NCBI GenBank assembly: GCA_051362555.1
Contig: CM120643.1
Coordinates: 26,044,848 to 26,108,847, forward strand
Source: Lingula anatina
Lineage: Eukaryota > Animalia > Brachiopoda
DNA length: 64,000 nt
Reading direction: 5' to 3'
In this document: piece by piece, positions 40,572 to 53,574 of the stretch
Layout of the letters: every line of letters starts with the position of its first letter
Position numbering within the stretch: the first letter of the stretch is position 1
Notes under the pieces: model-generated
What the model was told of the DNA's origin: nothing
The model's input: the letters and a program-made list of their open reading frames with translations, nothing else
Database searches by the model: none
Position numbers and translations under genes: made by a program

Positions 40572-42773
40572 TTAGGCCCTTTTCACATTGAGCGAAATAG
40601 TTTTCCATACCACATCAGTCTGAAAGGTTTACATGTTATTTTGCTTCTGGGGTTTTGTTTCCTTGCACAATGTAATATACCAACTAAAAGAAAACCGATT
40701 AACTGGTCGCTATTTTGATTATTTGAGAGTTGTCAACCCTTCAAATGTGCCTCTCGGTGTGGAAAGGGATTATACTTTCTAAAAATCTTACCATTGTCTG
40801 TTTTAATACCAACCTTTATCTTGGCGTTAATGCAACGAAATATTAACAGCGCAGTTGACATTTGGTCTAGGCGAGTGACATAATTTTTTCATCAATGAAA
40901 TTGTATGACAAAGTTTCATCTGTCAACGGTCTCCGAGTGTCGTCGAGGCACGTTGATTGTACTCGACGTAAATCTTGAATTTCACGGTCATTCCTCTCTG
41001 TCCCTCTGGAGTCAACAGTCCATTAGAGCCTCCATTAATGTGAAAATCAAAACAATCCATTTTCATAGGATTGACAAATGTTTTCCTTGGCGCTACAAGT
41101 AATGGATGATGCTGTTAGAGATAGGCTACATGTAAGTGGGTATTATTTCGTTAGGGTCGAAATCAGTTTTGTTTCACAAATTACATTTTTGTTCTAAACC
41201 ATTTTATCAAACAAATACTGTAGGGAACATACGTTAACAGCGTTGCTCGTATTTGCTTGAAATACTGGGGAAAAATAGGTTAAGTCTGCCTTAATAACAG
41301 TATGTAGATTGGTTAAAGTCGAATAAATGATGGGCGTTATGTGATGTGTGTCAACACGGACGACCAAGGAAATGGCTTTTGTGCTTATTTCTTACAAGAG
41401 ACAAAACTTGAAAGCTTGCCAGATAAAGGCAAGATTTAGACTAATCACCCATTTTTCCTCCGCTGTGAATAATAGGTAATCATCACTTAGTGAAAACAGA
41501 GACCCACTAAGTATAATGGTAACACGAAAATAGTAGCTAGGGTTATTTTTGATCTGTAATTGCCAGGCATTGTAACATCATTCTGTAAGTAGAATGTAAA
41601 AGATAAAAGGCATTTATTGTGGGGAGTTTTATCTTTAGAAACGCACATATCAATGCGCAAGCTTCCGTATCACATGACGCAAGGGGAATTCAGCGATAAT
41701 TTTGAGGATTAAATAGAAATAATGATACAAAAAGATTAAAGGCCATTTGCAGGACATTGATATACATCTTTTATAGATATGTAACTGACTTTCTTGAATA
41801 TTTTACCAAAATCTGTGAAACACCTTTTGAGATTCCTTGACCACTCACTCCCTATCTCTGATCGCCAGGAAAACGTTGGCGGAACATGACGTCACAGGAC
41901 ATTTAAAGACAGATATAAAGACCGCAAAGTAGCGACATCATGATGTACGCGTACCGTATGCGTGCGGCGATGATCAAAGTGATGTATGCTTCTATTATTG
42001 GCTTTGGTGCAGGAAATTGGTTCCCTGTTACATTTTTAAATCGAATTGTTATCATGAGCGTCTGCTGCAGGCTGGCAGTATTAATCTGCCGTTGTGGCCG
42101 GTTCTTGTACTCGTGCCAGGCATCAATCTTGTCGAGGAAGCATGTCGACGTGTAGTGGGGAAATTGCTGTTCATCAATTTGTTGCGGACATTTTTCGAGC
42201 GGAAATTCCTTCACTGAAGACTCGTTATTTCCTTGACTTCTTGATGGTCATTTGTTATTTTGATATATCCGAAAACGACTGCCGTTAACCCCATGAAAAC
42301 ATGAAGTATGTGCTCGTTAATACATGTAATATTGCAAACAATGACCCAGACGATACGTACGATAAAATAGGCCCGTAGAAGGGGAGGGGGAGGTGGCAGG
42401 AGGGCGAAAGACTTTTGGTCGAACTAAACAACATAAAAGGCGAAGCTACCTTCTAACATCTCTAAACCTTCTGAACAGCACTGGCAGATCAGGTCTTTGC
42501 TAATGGGTTGGGGGGGGGGGGGCAATTTAAAAGAGACCCGCTTCAAAAATATAAAACAGTCGACGAGGACAGTTTTTCTGTTATACTAGTAAGAAGAGGA
42601 CACAATGTGACAACGTTTCTTTAACACGTTTACCCGTTTTCTTTAACGTTTATTTTGAATTTAATTTGATCTTCCTGGACATATTTTGTGTGAATATTTT
42701 GGCGTATAATATTTATTTATCTCATTAATCTGTACACTTTCAACCTTTCGGTTGCATTGTCTTAAATAAACTA

Positions 42774-42843
<70 letters not shown>
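42774..42843. repeat. (ATT)n microsatellite
   Basis: Directly visible. Confidence 0.95.
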
Positions 42844-45215
42844 GAAAGGGGTGTCACCAAGGATAGTATGAGGGGACTGGATGGTAGGGGGGGGGGATGC
42901 ACGCGACGGAGGTATCTCACCCCACCCCCTCCAAACTGCAATTGCACAATGATATTCTGAATTCCTTCGTGTCAGCACCGCCCTACAACGTGCACCAACA
43001 ATTTGAAAGCCCACCATTTGTCTTAGTTTTATGGTTAAAATAAGATCAGACTTAAGTCTGCGTCATTGCCCAACCGCAGCGACTCGAAACCTTCATAAAA
43101 TTCCTGGAAGACAAATGACATTTATGCGCGATGTCGAAACAACATGAGTAGTATCTTCCCATGGCCTCTTTAGCAAAGTTTCAAAGTGAAGGGATTTTGT
43201 GTTAAATTAAAATGTTTTTCGATAATGGCATGTTTGAGATTTGCAGTGTCTCCGTTTTCGTTTCTACTCTTTGAATGAAAAAATATACATATAGTATAAT
43301 GGAGTTACAATTAGGGCAATGAATTAATAATGAATACAAAATAATAACATAAATACATAAAAGAATATATAAAAAAGAACAAAATTGTAAATAGATAGAC
43401 TAAAAGGGTTTATCACCAGTTAGTTGATCAAGATTAAGTCTTAAGTGGTTGGATTCAAGAGAATTCTGAAAGCCAGGTTACCGGTCGGTTTATGACATAA
43501 TGCACTTCATTTCTCATTGGCCTGTAAAATGAGTGACAGTTGTAACATTTTGAAATGTAAGCATGCAACACGGTGCCACATTACACTGTTTTAAAGTAGA
43601 ATGAATAGTACAGAGACATAAGAAAGATGAGAGGCGTTGTCTCTGAATATCGTGCATCTCAAATAAAACTAATATAGTCGCGCACGGCTGCTCAAACGGC
43701 TGGAACTTTAAAACCAAAACACGAAGAACTGTAGGTCGCTTCATATTTCTGCTTTTTTATAGTTACAAAAAGCTATCGCTCCGAGCTTCGGCGGAAAATC
43801 CGAATCTGGGTCCAGTTTCTCAAAAGAGATATGCCTGAAATTTGATCTAAACTTTTCTACTTATAATTTAGTCTACTTCAACTGTTCATGACAAAAAACT
43901 TTTAATATCAAAATATTCCAATTAAATAAAGGAAGTGCCAGTCTGGAACATAAGCCATGTCTTTCTGTTATAAAACATACGCAATATTTCATATTTAGAT
44001 TATTTCTTATAAACGTTTGGTCAAAGTGGGCTAAAATATTGTTATTAAACTTTAGACCACTTTTTGAACCAATTTCTTTACTGAACCAAAACCCCTGAGT
44101 TGAGATATCATCTAAAACTAGGAATGCCTTTCCACCTTTGAGCTCTATTTGCGGCTTAAGACCATTCCTAATTGAAAAAGAAAATTCAGATTACAAGATT
44201 TATCACTCCGACTGTTTAATCAATATTTTCCTTCCATCTACATTAGGGAAGTCACTTTCATTGTTGTTGAAATTTGTCGTCGATTAAATGGCAGAAGATT
44301 TGGAATTGATCTCGTTCATCATGGCGGGTGGAGAGACCCAACGAATTAAACGTAATAGAAGGGGGGTCAATTCCCTTTTTTGTCACCCATTATTGTCGCG
44401 ACATGTGGACCTTTTTTACCGTGAAAATTACGTTTTAAAAATCGGATAGAACCTACAAGTAGATCCAAATTAGATTCAGTGTGGACCTTTTCCCAGCCAA
44501 AATGGCGGTTCTTTCGAAATCCGAACCCCTCTTGCCTACGAGCCTGCTTCGGCTTTTGCAAAAAATCCACAACTGGCACAATTTTTAGACCATTTTTTTC
44601 TGTGTTTTGCAGCCGTTTTGCATTGTTGAAGACCAGAAGACAGAAAATTATGTAGGGATACGCAAATCATGTCCCTAGACTAATGAACTGAAAGGAAGTA
44701 AAACACAATGGATGTTGAAAATTGATATCGTTCATAGAAAACGTATATTTCAAACCGATGATTTTTTTTTTTGCAAAATTTGCCCGGCACTACCGAATTA
44801 CGTAAAGATTTAAATATTTATATACTTTAATTTCCTACATTTGATGTGCAGCTGTTACAATGACGTTGTGGTTCGACTTTTTGTTCTCTTCATACTTACG
44901 CAAAATTTCAGTGCAGTTTGGAGGATCTGTCATTTGGCACACAGACCCAATTCCACTAATAACATGGATAATTGCCTCTAATGTTACAATCCTCATTTAT
45001 TATACGCATTTCTTCAAGCTCCATTCTCATTGCCGTCTGTTGATAAACAGGAAACGTGAGTGAAAATTAAATTTCCATCCAGGGGCTCTCAAGGCACCTA
45101 CATGTTTGCTGTAGAAATAATTTACGCCAGTGATGGCGGTAGAGTTTTCATGTATGTTTTCTTGTTTGTGGATAAGATATCTGAAGGAGATCATCAGAAA
45201 TGTTGATGAAAAAGA

Positions 45216-45262
45216 AGACGGGATGGTCAACCGAAGCAGACGGGATGGTCAACCGAAGCAGA
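45216..45262. repeat. 22-bp perfect tandem duplication
   Basis: agacgggatggtcaaccgaagc twice. Confidence 0.9.
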
Positions 45263-48119
45263 TGACCTAATGTTTTGAAATAAATATGTTATTCTATTGC
45301 AAGTTTTTATCGTTCGCCTTTGCTGTCAAACTGCAGTTCAGAATGTATTATAATAATTCAATTATTTGGATAGCATGTTATGTGTAGATTCATGTAATCA
45401 AGATTGCAAAAATGGTATATAAATTATGGTATAACTGTGTGTGTGAGTGTGGATGTGCGTGTGTGCGTGTGTGTGTGCTCGAGCGTGTGCACACATAAAG
45501 TGGGTACCGAATGCAAACATTGGTTTGCAAATAGTGCTTAGATCCCGGCGTTTTCTCACTCTTACTGCATGTGCATGCCTTTAAATTTATAATACTTAAA
45601 CCGTATAGGTGTTTTGGCGCAGTTTTGTATAAGATAAGAGTGTTTGTTGCCTTTTTATTCCATTTTTATCAATTCATTCATTATAGTGTCTTGTGAGTCA
45701 AGTTACCCAGCCCTTCGTGATTATAAGAAAAATTGCAAATTGCACAGGTACTTCTGTTTTATCTTATGAGTTGTACGTATGAATCTAGGCTTACCTAAGT
45801 GAGTCAACGTGATGTTTTAAGGACATGAACTTTAAACACGGTTGTACACTCGTGCCTAATTAGGCATAGGCCTACCAGTCCTTTCATGAAAGTGCAATCA
45901 TTATAGTCTTTACATGCAGTGTGCTGTAGTAAAATTGTGGTTCATTCTCAAACCCATCTTGACAAAGACAAAGTTGTTATCCATTCCAAACTACGCATAG
46001 GCCTATATTTATAACATTTTCCTAAGAAACAGTTTAAGGGGACTTTATTTTTTCTTTCACAAAATGTTTATTTTTTTTATCTGATATTATCTAGTAAACA
46101 GTGTCTTGTTCTTTTTAAAAGCATTCTGACAATTTTTTCCAAATCTTTCATCTTTCCAGTTTGGTCCAGGTCGTGGCGTAGAGACAGTCTCCATTACCAT
46201 CGCTCCGTGATCACAAACGGCTCCTTCGCCACCCGTCGCCATGACTCCACCGGAAGCGGAAACGTGAAGCAGACGAACGGAAAGGTGCTTTATCGACGCG
46301 AGACACAGTCTATCATTCTTGCGCAGTGAGAATAATTGGATTAAATGTGACTGGTTTTAGGCCCTATTTTCCAAACGTTTAATTTTTGGATTGCCGTGCG
46401 ATATTCTTTCTTCTCAAGAAGGCCAATGGGAAAAAAATCTCAAAAAGTGTGTAATTTGTATTCCTAAATCCTATAATAGGCCTATTCAAAATTCTGCATG
46501 CTTCTACTCTACAAGTAAAGCATTCAAGAGGACAATTAGGATTTATTCATCTTAAAAGATTGTAATTTATTTCGGTATCATCTTTCATTTGAACAAGGAA
46601 GTTGTTAAAAACGCCATGGAACTAGACGCCAATGCAGCGCCTTTTTAAATCAAGGAAAAATAGAACACGTAATGCTAAAACCCCACGCTTTTATTTTCTT
46701 GACTGCACTTATTACTTTTTTCATTGGTACATTTGACATTTAGAAAACACTCACAAATGTCATGAGGACATTAGTACCAAAGCATTCAGAATAAATATAT
46801 TTCTTCGAGCTTTGCATAAAACCGTTGTCACATCAACGTAGATAATTAAAAAGAAAGCGACAAATAAGCCTTTCTTTAATAGAGTAAATAATCTAATTTT
46901 TCTCATAACCACTTTCACGTTTGATGAATACTGGGTTATATTTATTTTTACACGATATAACTGGATGCTATCTCTTTTCTTTAATCGTTAACTCTCCATG
47001 TTTATATAAAAAAAATAAAAACTAACTAAATATTTTTCTACCTCTCCATGTTACACCACTTAGAACACGTACAAGACATTTGCCAAATGTGTATGAAAAA
47101 GGTATACATTTTAAGGGGGTTGATAATTTTTCACAGGACAATATTGTATCCAAGATTTCACGGATACTGTATCTGTTTTTTACAGTCTTGTTCAGAACAA
47201 GGTATATTTTAATTTATTAAAATATTCAATTCATTATTTAAAGGATAAGTAGGTTCGTAGTGTCACATTTTATGCTTTCTCTTTCGTAAAGCACCTGTTC
47301 TTGTAAAATTACGTCACAAGAATGAAATGTTGTTCTTATTTTGTATGGAAAGTACTAGCGCTGTAGCAGGCCGTATAAATGCTGGTAAGACTTACATATT
47401 ATTGAAAGAAGCTATTTCGCAATTGAAATGCTCATCAAGTAATTAAGGGTGTCTTTTTCAAACTGTTATGACAGATTTATCAGTGATGGCGGGGTTTTAT
47501 ATTTACATTTTTCTAATTAAATTGCGTATCTTTGAGCCGCAAGCTGCCGAAAGTGGAGATTATGATAGATCCATTTCAAGTAATTGTTCTCAGTTGACGT
47601 AACAAAAAAGTTCTGTTTCAATAAACAGGGAGTTAGATTTATAGGCCTTTTGTGCAACGCAACTAATAAAGTCTGATTGTTTTATCATGGCAAATTGAAG
47701 TCACATAATTGTTTTTCGATGCATAAAAATTTTGATAAAAGATAGCAATTAGAGTACTAAGCTTTTAAAATATAGAAATATACTTGAATTAAAAACAATA
47801 TTTTTTCGTTCTTCATAAGATATAGGCTATTTTTGTTGTAAGTTTTAAAAGGTAAAGATATTGGTTTGTGTATATATGTTTGATTACTTAGAACAGGGGC
47901 AATTTAAGTATATATTTATATATAACATCACACCAAAGACAGTTTTAGACAGTGATAATGTGATGACGTGTGAAGGGAATGTTTTTGCTATCATGAAAGG
48001 GAACTGTTGTAAATAAAATGATACAAAATATGCATAGACTTTTGTCCTGTTTTTCATTTGTTTTTCTTTCAGATTTCAACTTGTGCCTTATATTTCATTT
48101 GATCTATCTATCTATTTAC

Positions 48120-48158
<39 letters not shown>

Positions 48159-48949
48159 CTTCTTCATTTATTCGTTTATTTTTGTTTGAGTTGTGTTTAA
48201 AAAAAACCACGTTAAGTCCTTGATTTTATCACGTTGTACACTAATATCAGCAATACATCTAAATCTTACAGAATCTGACCACGCTCAAGAGAAAATGTCT
48301 ATAAGGAAAATGCAAGCAGCTCTCAAATGTTTATATGTATTTAAAAACAACCACAGTGGCTCAGTCATAAGTCTGTCGTCCAAACTACCGCATTTTAACT
48401 CATGTTATGCCCTTTTTAAGGGAGGACGGGGGAGCATGGGGGGGGGGGGGGGGGGCAAAAATATTGCATAAGGCCCCAAATCAGCTGCAGCGCAATGGTT
48501 GTCTCAACTACCGCAATTTTATTCTTTTCCTGGCGATTGGCCTAAGTGAGTTTTTCTCATCTGATGCAATTCCTTTAAGAAACTATGTTATAACCCGTTG
48601 TGCATCTCAAATAACATGTCGGCAGTAACACGTATTTATGTTAATAATTAAAAGTTATTAAAAGTATTTAAGTTATTATAATCGTCGCCAATACCATTGT
48701 GATTATCATAATCTCTAAAGTGTCTCATGAAATATTTTATTACTATTAAAAGAGAATATTTAGGGGTCACTGATTTTGACATTGTGGAAGTTGTTGTCAA
48801 TTCATTTTTTCATTATATTTTGCTTTTCACCAAATGACTGCCTTATTAAATTATTTTATGAATGACAAATGCCATTTTCATAGCAATGTATTATATTTTG
48901 TGAGCTGTAACTGAAAAGGTTATAATTAAAGTTCAATATCTACCTTTAA

Positions 48950-49245
48950 AAGGATAATAACTGCTTACTTTGGCCAAAAAATTAACTTTCCTGGGGTAAA
49001 CGACAATTTTCCCATACTTACCAATGGTTAATGAATCCCTTTCTACGTTCAAAGTAAGTCCATGGCTTTTAAAAATTTTTTTGTCTTTTTTTTTTTGCAA
49101 TAATGTCTAATGACAAGCACAGATTTCAGAATAATTAATATAACTGCCGTTTTTGTGGTAAAATACAATATATTATATATTTGGGAGTTTTTTTACGATG
49201 TATTTATTGTGAAATACAGATCTCATATGAAGAGTTGTTATCCCT
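48950..49245. mobile_element. TTAA-flanked MITE (Kolobok-like), copy 1
   Basis: TTAA|AAGGATAATAAC...GTTGTTATCCCT|TTAA; similar along its length to 62701..63028. Confidence 0.75.
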
Positions 49246-50310
49246 TTAAGTATTGAACGACTGAGCCTGAAAATGTTCTTAAAAATAATTTTATTCAAGC
49301 AAGCCACACTGTTTAGAACAATGAAACAATATACTCTTTCATCTGCTATGTGCTACCTGTATAATTTCCTTCTATACAAAATACAAACAACATTCAAGAC
49401 TTTCAGCCTTAACAATATTGGTTGAAAAAATAATAAAATTATTTCTATATGTATACACTGAGTGAGCCTACAATACAGTTGTAATTAATGAGATCATACT
49501 ACAAATATAAGTGCTTAAATTTCATATGATTTTAAAGTACTAATACTATTCTGAGTATTGATTCTATTCTCATACTACCCCCCTCTCCAACTACAACACT
49601 GGAGAAAATATTTAAAATTAAATAAATATGAACAATATATAATGGGAAAATATCTTTCTCTTATGGCATTTTTTATCATTAAGAATGAGAATAATATGTT
49701 CATTAGCCACATGCATATACATGAAAGCAACATACTGTATTATACAAGGCACTTGTTATTGGATTCAAGATTCTGAGGATCAGTTGAATCTTTTACATAT
49801 ATTAGACACAAAGCAGGAACTGGGGGCCATCTATTTTATCCTGAAAGTACAACTCCACTGACATGAGGTTTTACTGTGATTACAAGCATGTATTGGGAAA
49901 TAAAACACTCAAAAGATTACTTTCCTGGTCTGCACTTTGCCCATTTCAGCCCAGTAAGACTAGTAGACCTCAGACAATTTTAAGTCTGAATCAAAATTAA
50001 CTCGTATGTAATTGAAATCCATAGATAATAGAAAAGCAACTGCTGAAATTTTTCTCTTGTCCAAAAGAGCTAGGAACTTTTCACTTATGATTTTATTAGT
50101 TTAAAGGCGTCATCTTGAATAGGACCAATTGCTTACATGGCAGATTGCTTTCCCCAACTGTAATCATGAGTTGAGCCTTAAAACATTCTACTGACACTGC
50201 ACCCCTTAAAAATAAAAATTAAACATTACATAGAGTAAAAGGGGTATATTTATGCCATATAAGGTCTTCAATTTAAAATGAGTCCGAGTTCAACAGCTTA
50301 AAATTAAAAA

Positions 50311-51123
50311 CAGGGATGCTAGTGGGGTCCGGAAAGAAAACCTGAACTTTTTTTTGGCAAAGACCGGGGGGGTACAAATTGATTATGAAACAATTACTAT
50401 ATTTCAAATTTTATTTAATAAATATATTGCAATATATGTCATCACAACTTCATGGTAATTTTCAACAGTTGTTTCCAAGGATAATCTTGACATTGACAAG
50501 ATGGAAGTGCCATCAGTACATAAACACCTACCACCCATAGTAGACAGTAATGATCCCTCACGTAAGCAACAACTACGTGCTTTGGCATGCTTAGTTGTTT
50601 TAGCATGGTTTTTCAGAGCTTTTTTACCACTGCTTCCGTACTGGATCACGTCGTTGCACCATACACACCAAGCTTCTCCGGGGGACTTTCGCTTCCGAAC
50701 ATAGGTAGAAAAAAAATCGTCATTATTGTCCTTTTCCTCCAGCCAACTCCAACTAAATCTATTTTTGACAGTAATGTCGATGTTTCTAATATCGTCTGTT
50801 CCCCTCTCCGCGAAATCCATTTAGTTTGGTTTAGTTCAAAATTCCGCGCACGCGGTGTCAAAACTTTCCACATGGGTGCCGACATTAAAGCCTACATTTC
50901 CAACCAATCAAGCGCCATAAATAAATCACGTGCTACGGTTGTGACTAGATATTGTGTTGAAACGCAGCTCTGTCGCAATGCGACGTTCCTCTGACGCATC
51001 GTTCGTCCAGTCCGCGACCACGTTAAAAACGAGAATTCCGGAACAAAATATAGTACCAGAAAATTTTATAACTGGACGCAAAAAACCGGAATTCCGGTAA
51101 AAACCAGAAGACTAGCATCCCTG
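50311..51123 (-). mobile_element. Internally deleted hAT-like DNA transposon (813 bp)
   Basis: Perfect 13-bp TIR CAGGGATGCTAGT / ACTAGCATCCCTG with TAAAAA on both flanks. ORF 50404..50820 (-) encodes a BED-finger-like motif (F.W.W...AWCVWC...ALKNH.KT.KH) and a CTDGTS fragment. Confidence 0.8.
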
Positions 51124-51211
51124 TAAAAAATATCCTGGTTCATTTTTCTCCATGTCTTGGTGACTTAAAAATGATCATTTGTTTTTCATAGCCCTAGATG
51201 TGTTTCCTCTT

Positions 51212-51634
51212 TCACAAACTGGTCTCGGAGGTTGTGGCTTCCTCCTGGGTCAAATCATCCTCTGTGCTGCATGAACTTTGCTCTTTCACCCCAAACTGAG
51301 AGCTGTCGTCATGGCAACTTGCAGCAGCCAATGGGCTTTCTCTTCCGCCATTTTCATTACTGCCTGGCAAATCCTGTGTCTCCTCACACTCTGGACTTTG
51401 ACTCGCTGATGACGACGCCTCACATCCCATGATAGAATTCATGGGTGATCCATTCTTCCCCACTGCGTGCACGCGATGCATGTGACGTTTGAGGTTTTTG
51501 GCCAAGGTAAAAGACTCATTGCAGAGTTTACAGACATTATCGAAGGTCTTGTGGTGGACAGCAATCAAGTGCCGCCTCAGGTATTTTGCTGTGGTGAAAC
51601 TTTCACTGCACAACTCACACCAATAATTATTAGA
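51212..51634 (-). CDS. ZNF423: ZNF423-like terminal coding exon (two C2H2 fingers, acidic/Ser tail, stop)
   Basis: tttcatttcAG|TCT gives SNNYWCELCSESFTTAKYLRRHLIAVH...CKLCNESFTLAKNLKRHMHRVH...ETSL*, 141 codons. Confidence 0.82.
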   Translation of the reverse strand, partial: SNNYWCELCSESFTTAKYLRRHLIAVHHKTFDNVCKLCNESFTLAKNLKRHMHRVHAVGKNGSPMNSIMGCEASSSASQSPECEETQDLPGSNENGGRESPLAAASCHDDSSQFGVKEQSSCSTEDDLTQEEATTSETSL

Positions 51635-51875
51635 CTGAAATGAAAGGACAGTTTATGAATTAAACATTACATAGACTTATATAACTTAAATTAACGTCAT
51701 GCATGTTAAGACAGACAAAATATGCTTTGGATCCAGATTAACCTTGACTTTGGATTTCAGATCTGAACCAATTGGGGTGTAATCTGGTATTTGGATGCAC
51801 GTAGTGATGAAACTATATATATTGTTGTATAGCGACATAATGCTCTTTGCATGACTTATAAGCAAATATAATGTG

Positions 51876-52332
51876 ATGTGTAATATACAGAGCCATACCT
51901 GCTTGGTGAAGTGTGTCTGCATGTGTTATATACGGTGACATACCTGCTTGGTGAAGTGTGTCTGCATGTGTTATATACAGTGACATACCTGCTTGGTGAA
52001 GTGTGTCTGCATGTGTTATATACAGTGACATACCTGCTTGGTGAAGTGTGTCTGCATGTGTTATATACAGAGCCATACCTGCTTGGTGAAGTGTGTCTGC
52101 ATGTGTTATATACAGTGACATACCTGCTTGGTGAAGTGTGTCTGCATGTGTTATATACAGTGACATACCTGCTTGGTGAAGTGTGTCTGCATGTGTTATA
52201 TACAGTGACATACCTGCTTGGTGAAGTGTGCCTGCATGTGTAATATACAGTGACATACCTGCTTGGTGAAGTGTGTCTGCATGTGTTATATACGGTGACA
52301 TACCTGCTTGGTGAAGTGTGCCTGCATGTGTT
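51876..52332. repeat. 45-bp tandem repeat, about 10 copies, derived from a ZNF423 exon/intron junction
   Basis: Unit tacctgcttggtgaagtgtgtctgcatgtgttatatacagtgaca starts at 51896, 51941, 51986, 52031, 52076, 52121, 52166, 52211, 52256 and 52301. Confidence 0.97.
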
Positions 52333-52455
52333 CCTTCAGATGATTTCTCTTGGAGAAAGTTTTCTCACACACAGAACAGCTGAAGTCTTTAGATGGTGCA
52401 GAGGCATTGGCTGCTGCCTTGTCGCTGTTGGAAGGAGTCTTGCAGTTCTCTTTTC
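52304..52455 (-). CDS. ZNF423: ZNF423-like exon (not in ORF track)
   Basis: Manual translation (G)KENCKTPSNSDKAAANASAPSKDFSCSVCEKTFSKRNHLKEHMQAHFTKQ; taattAG acceptor in phase 1, CAG|GTATGT donor in phase 0. Confidence 0.82.
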
Positions 52456-52770
52456 CTAATTAGAAACAATTCCTTTAGTGATCAAATGTATATTACATTT
52501 AAAACTTACTGGGTTACCACTCTTCCTCTTCAAAAAAGTAAATTACTTGAATAAAATTCAATAAAACAGAATCAATACTTCAGGTACTATGAAGGAGGTT
52601 TTTCAAAGTCCCTAGATGGAATGATACAACAGCATTATCCTTTAGTTATACACTATATAACATGTGTTATTTAGTCTCTAAACAAAAGAATAATTCTACA
52701 ATATCAATGTGTAATGTCTGTGCTACTTGAGAGCTCTCTAGTTTTACTCGGATCACTTCACTCCACTCAC

Positions 52771-52927
52771 CAGAGCTATGAGTCCTCATGTGAGCCTGCA
52801 GCAGAGGCAGACTGGTAAAGTCTAGCTCACAATCTGGACAGTTATAGCTACCCTGACCCTTGTCTGAGGTCACACTGGCGTGGGTGAGGATGAAGTGCTG
52901 CTGGAAGCTCAGGCTGTCTGGGAAGAT
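52771..52927 (-). CDS. ZNF423: ZNF423-like exon (C-terminal extension fingers)
   Basis: IFPDSLSFQQHFILTH completes the CPDCNK finger from the previous exon; then YNCPDCELDFTSLPLLQAHMRTH. Donor G|GTGAGT. Confidence 0.82.
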
Positions 52928-53574
52928 CTGGATAGTATACAAATGATAATAATAACAACACAGCTTTTTTTCTAGTAAAAAAATAATAATTATATATTTA
53001 GTTTTATAGCTAGGAAAAGTGTGAAGTATTGTGTTATTAACAGAGATTGTATTGTTATTGTCATTATTTTATCTGTATTTGTATTTTTCTAATTATGATT
53101 TTTATTATTATTATTATTAAAAACCTGTCCCTAAATTTCACCTTTTTTAAAGTTTCAGGTAAAGTCAGGCAACAATTTTCAATCTTAAATTTAAAATAAC
53201 TCCTAGGAGGAGCAAAAATCTGCACACCTGCAGTTGCCCTCATGGTTGAACAAAAAACCCACCTACCTGAGGGCACAGAGAACACTTGAATATCTCCCTC
53301 TTCTCATGCTGCTTTATATGGCTACTCAGGCTGCCAACATCAAGGAAAGTCTGGTAAATTAAGAACAGATTTCCATTACATACTTTCTAAATTTTATTTG
53401 TTCATTACTAATATTTTATTTTACCAAAAACCTTTTGAATAATTGCAATAGGCTTCTTAGTTAAGCAGTCTAAGCTAAGCAACATGGTCAGCAAGCTTGA
53501 GACTTAAAATGAAAACAGCACTCAACATTCAATATTTAGTTACAAATATCTCTACACAGTGCTACCATACCAAC

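Noticed and set aside
51876-52332. Regularly spaced direct repeats resembling a CRISPR array; ORFs 51813..52301 and 51911..52243
   Set aside because: The units are contiguous with no unique spacers, there are no cas genes, and the context is a eukaryotic intron. The ORFs are translations of a 45-bp repeat.
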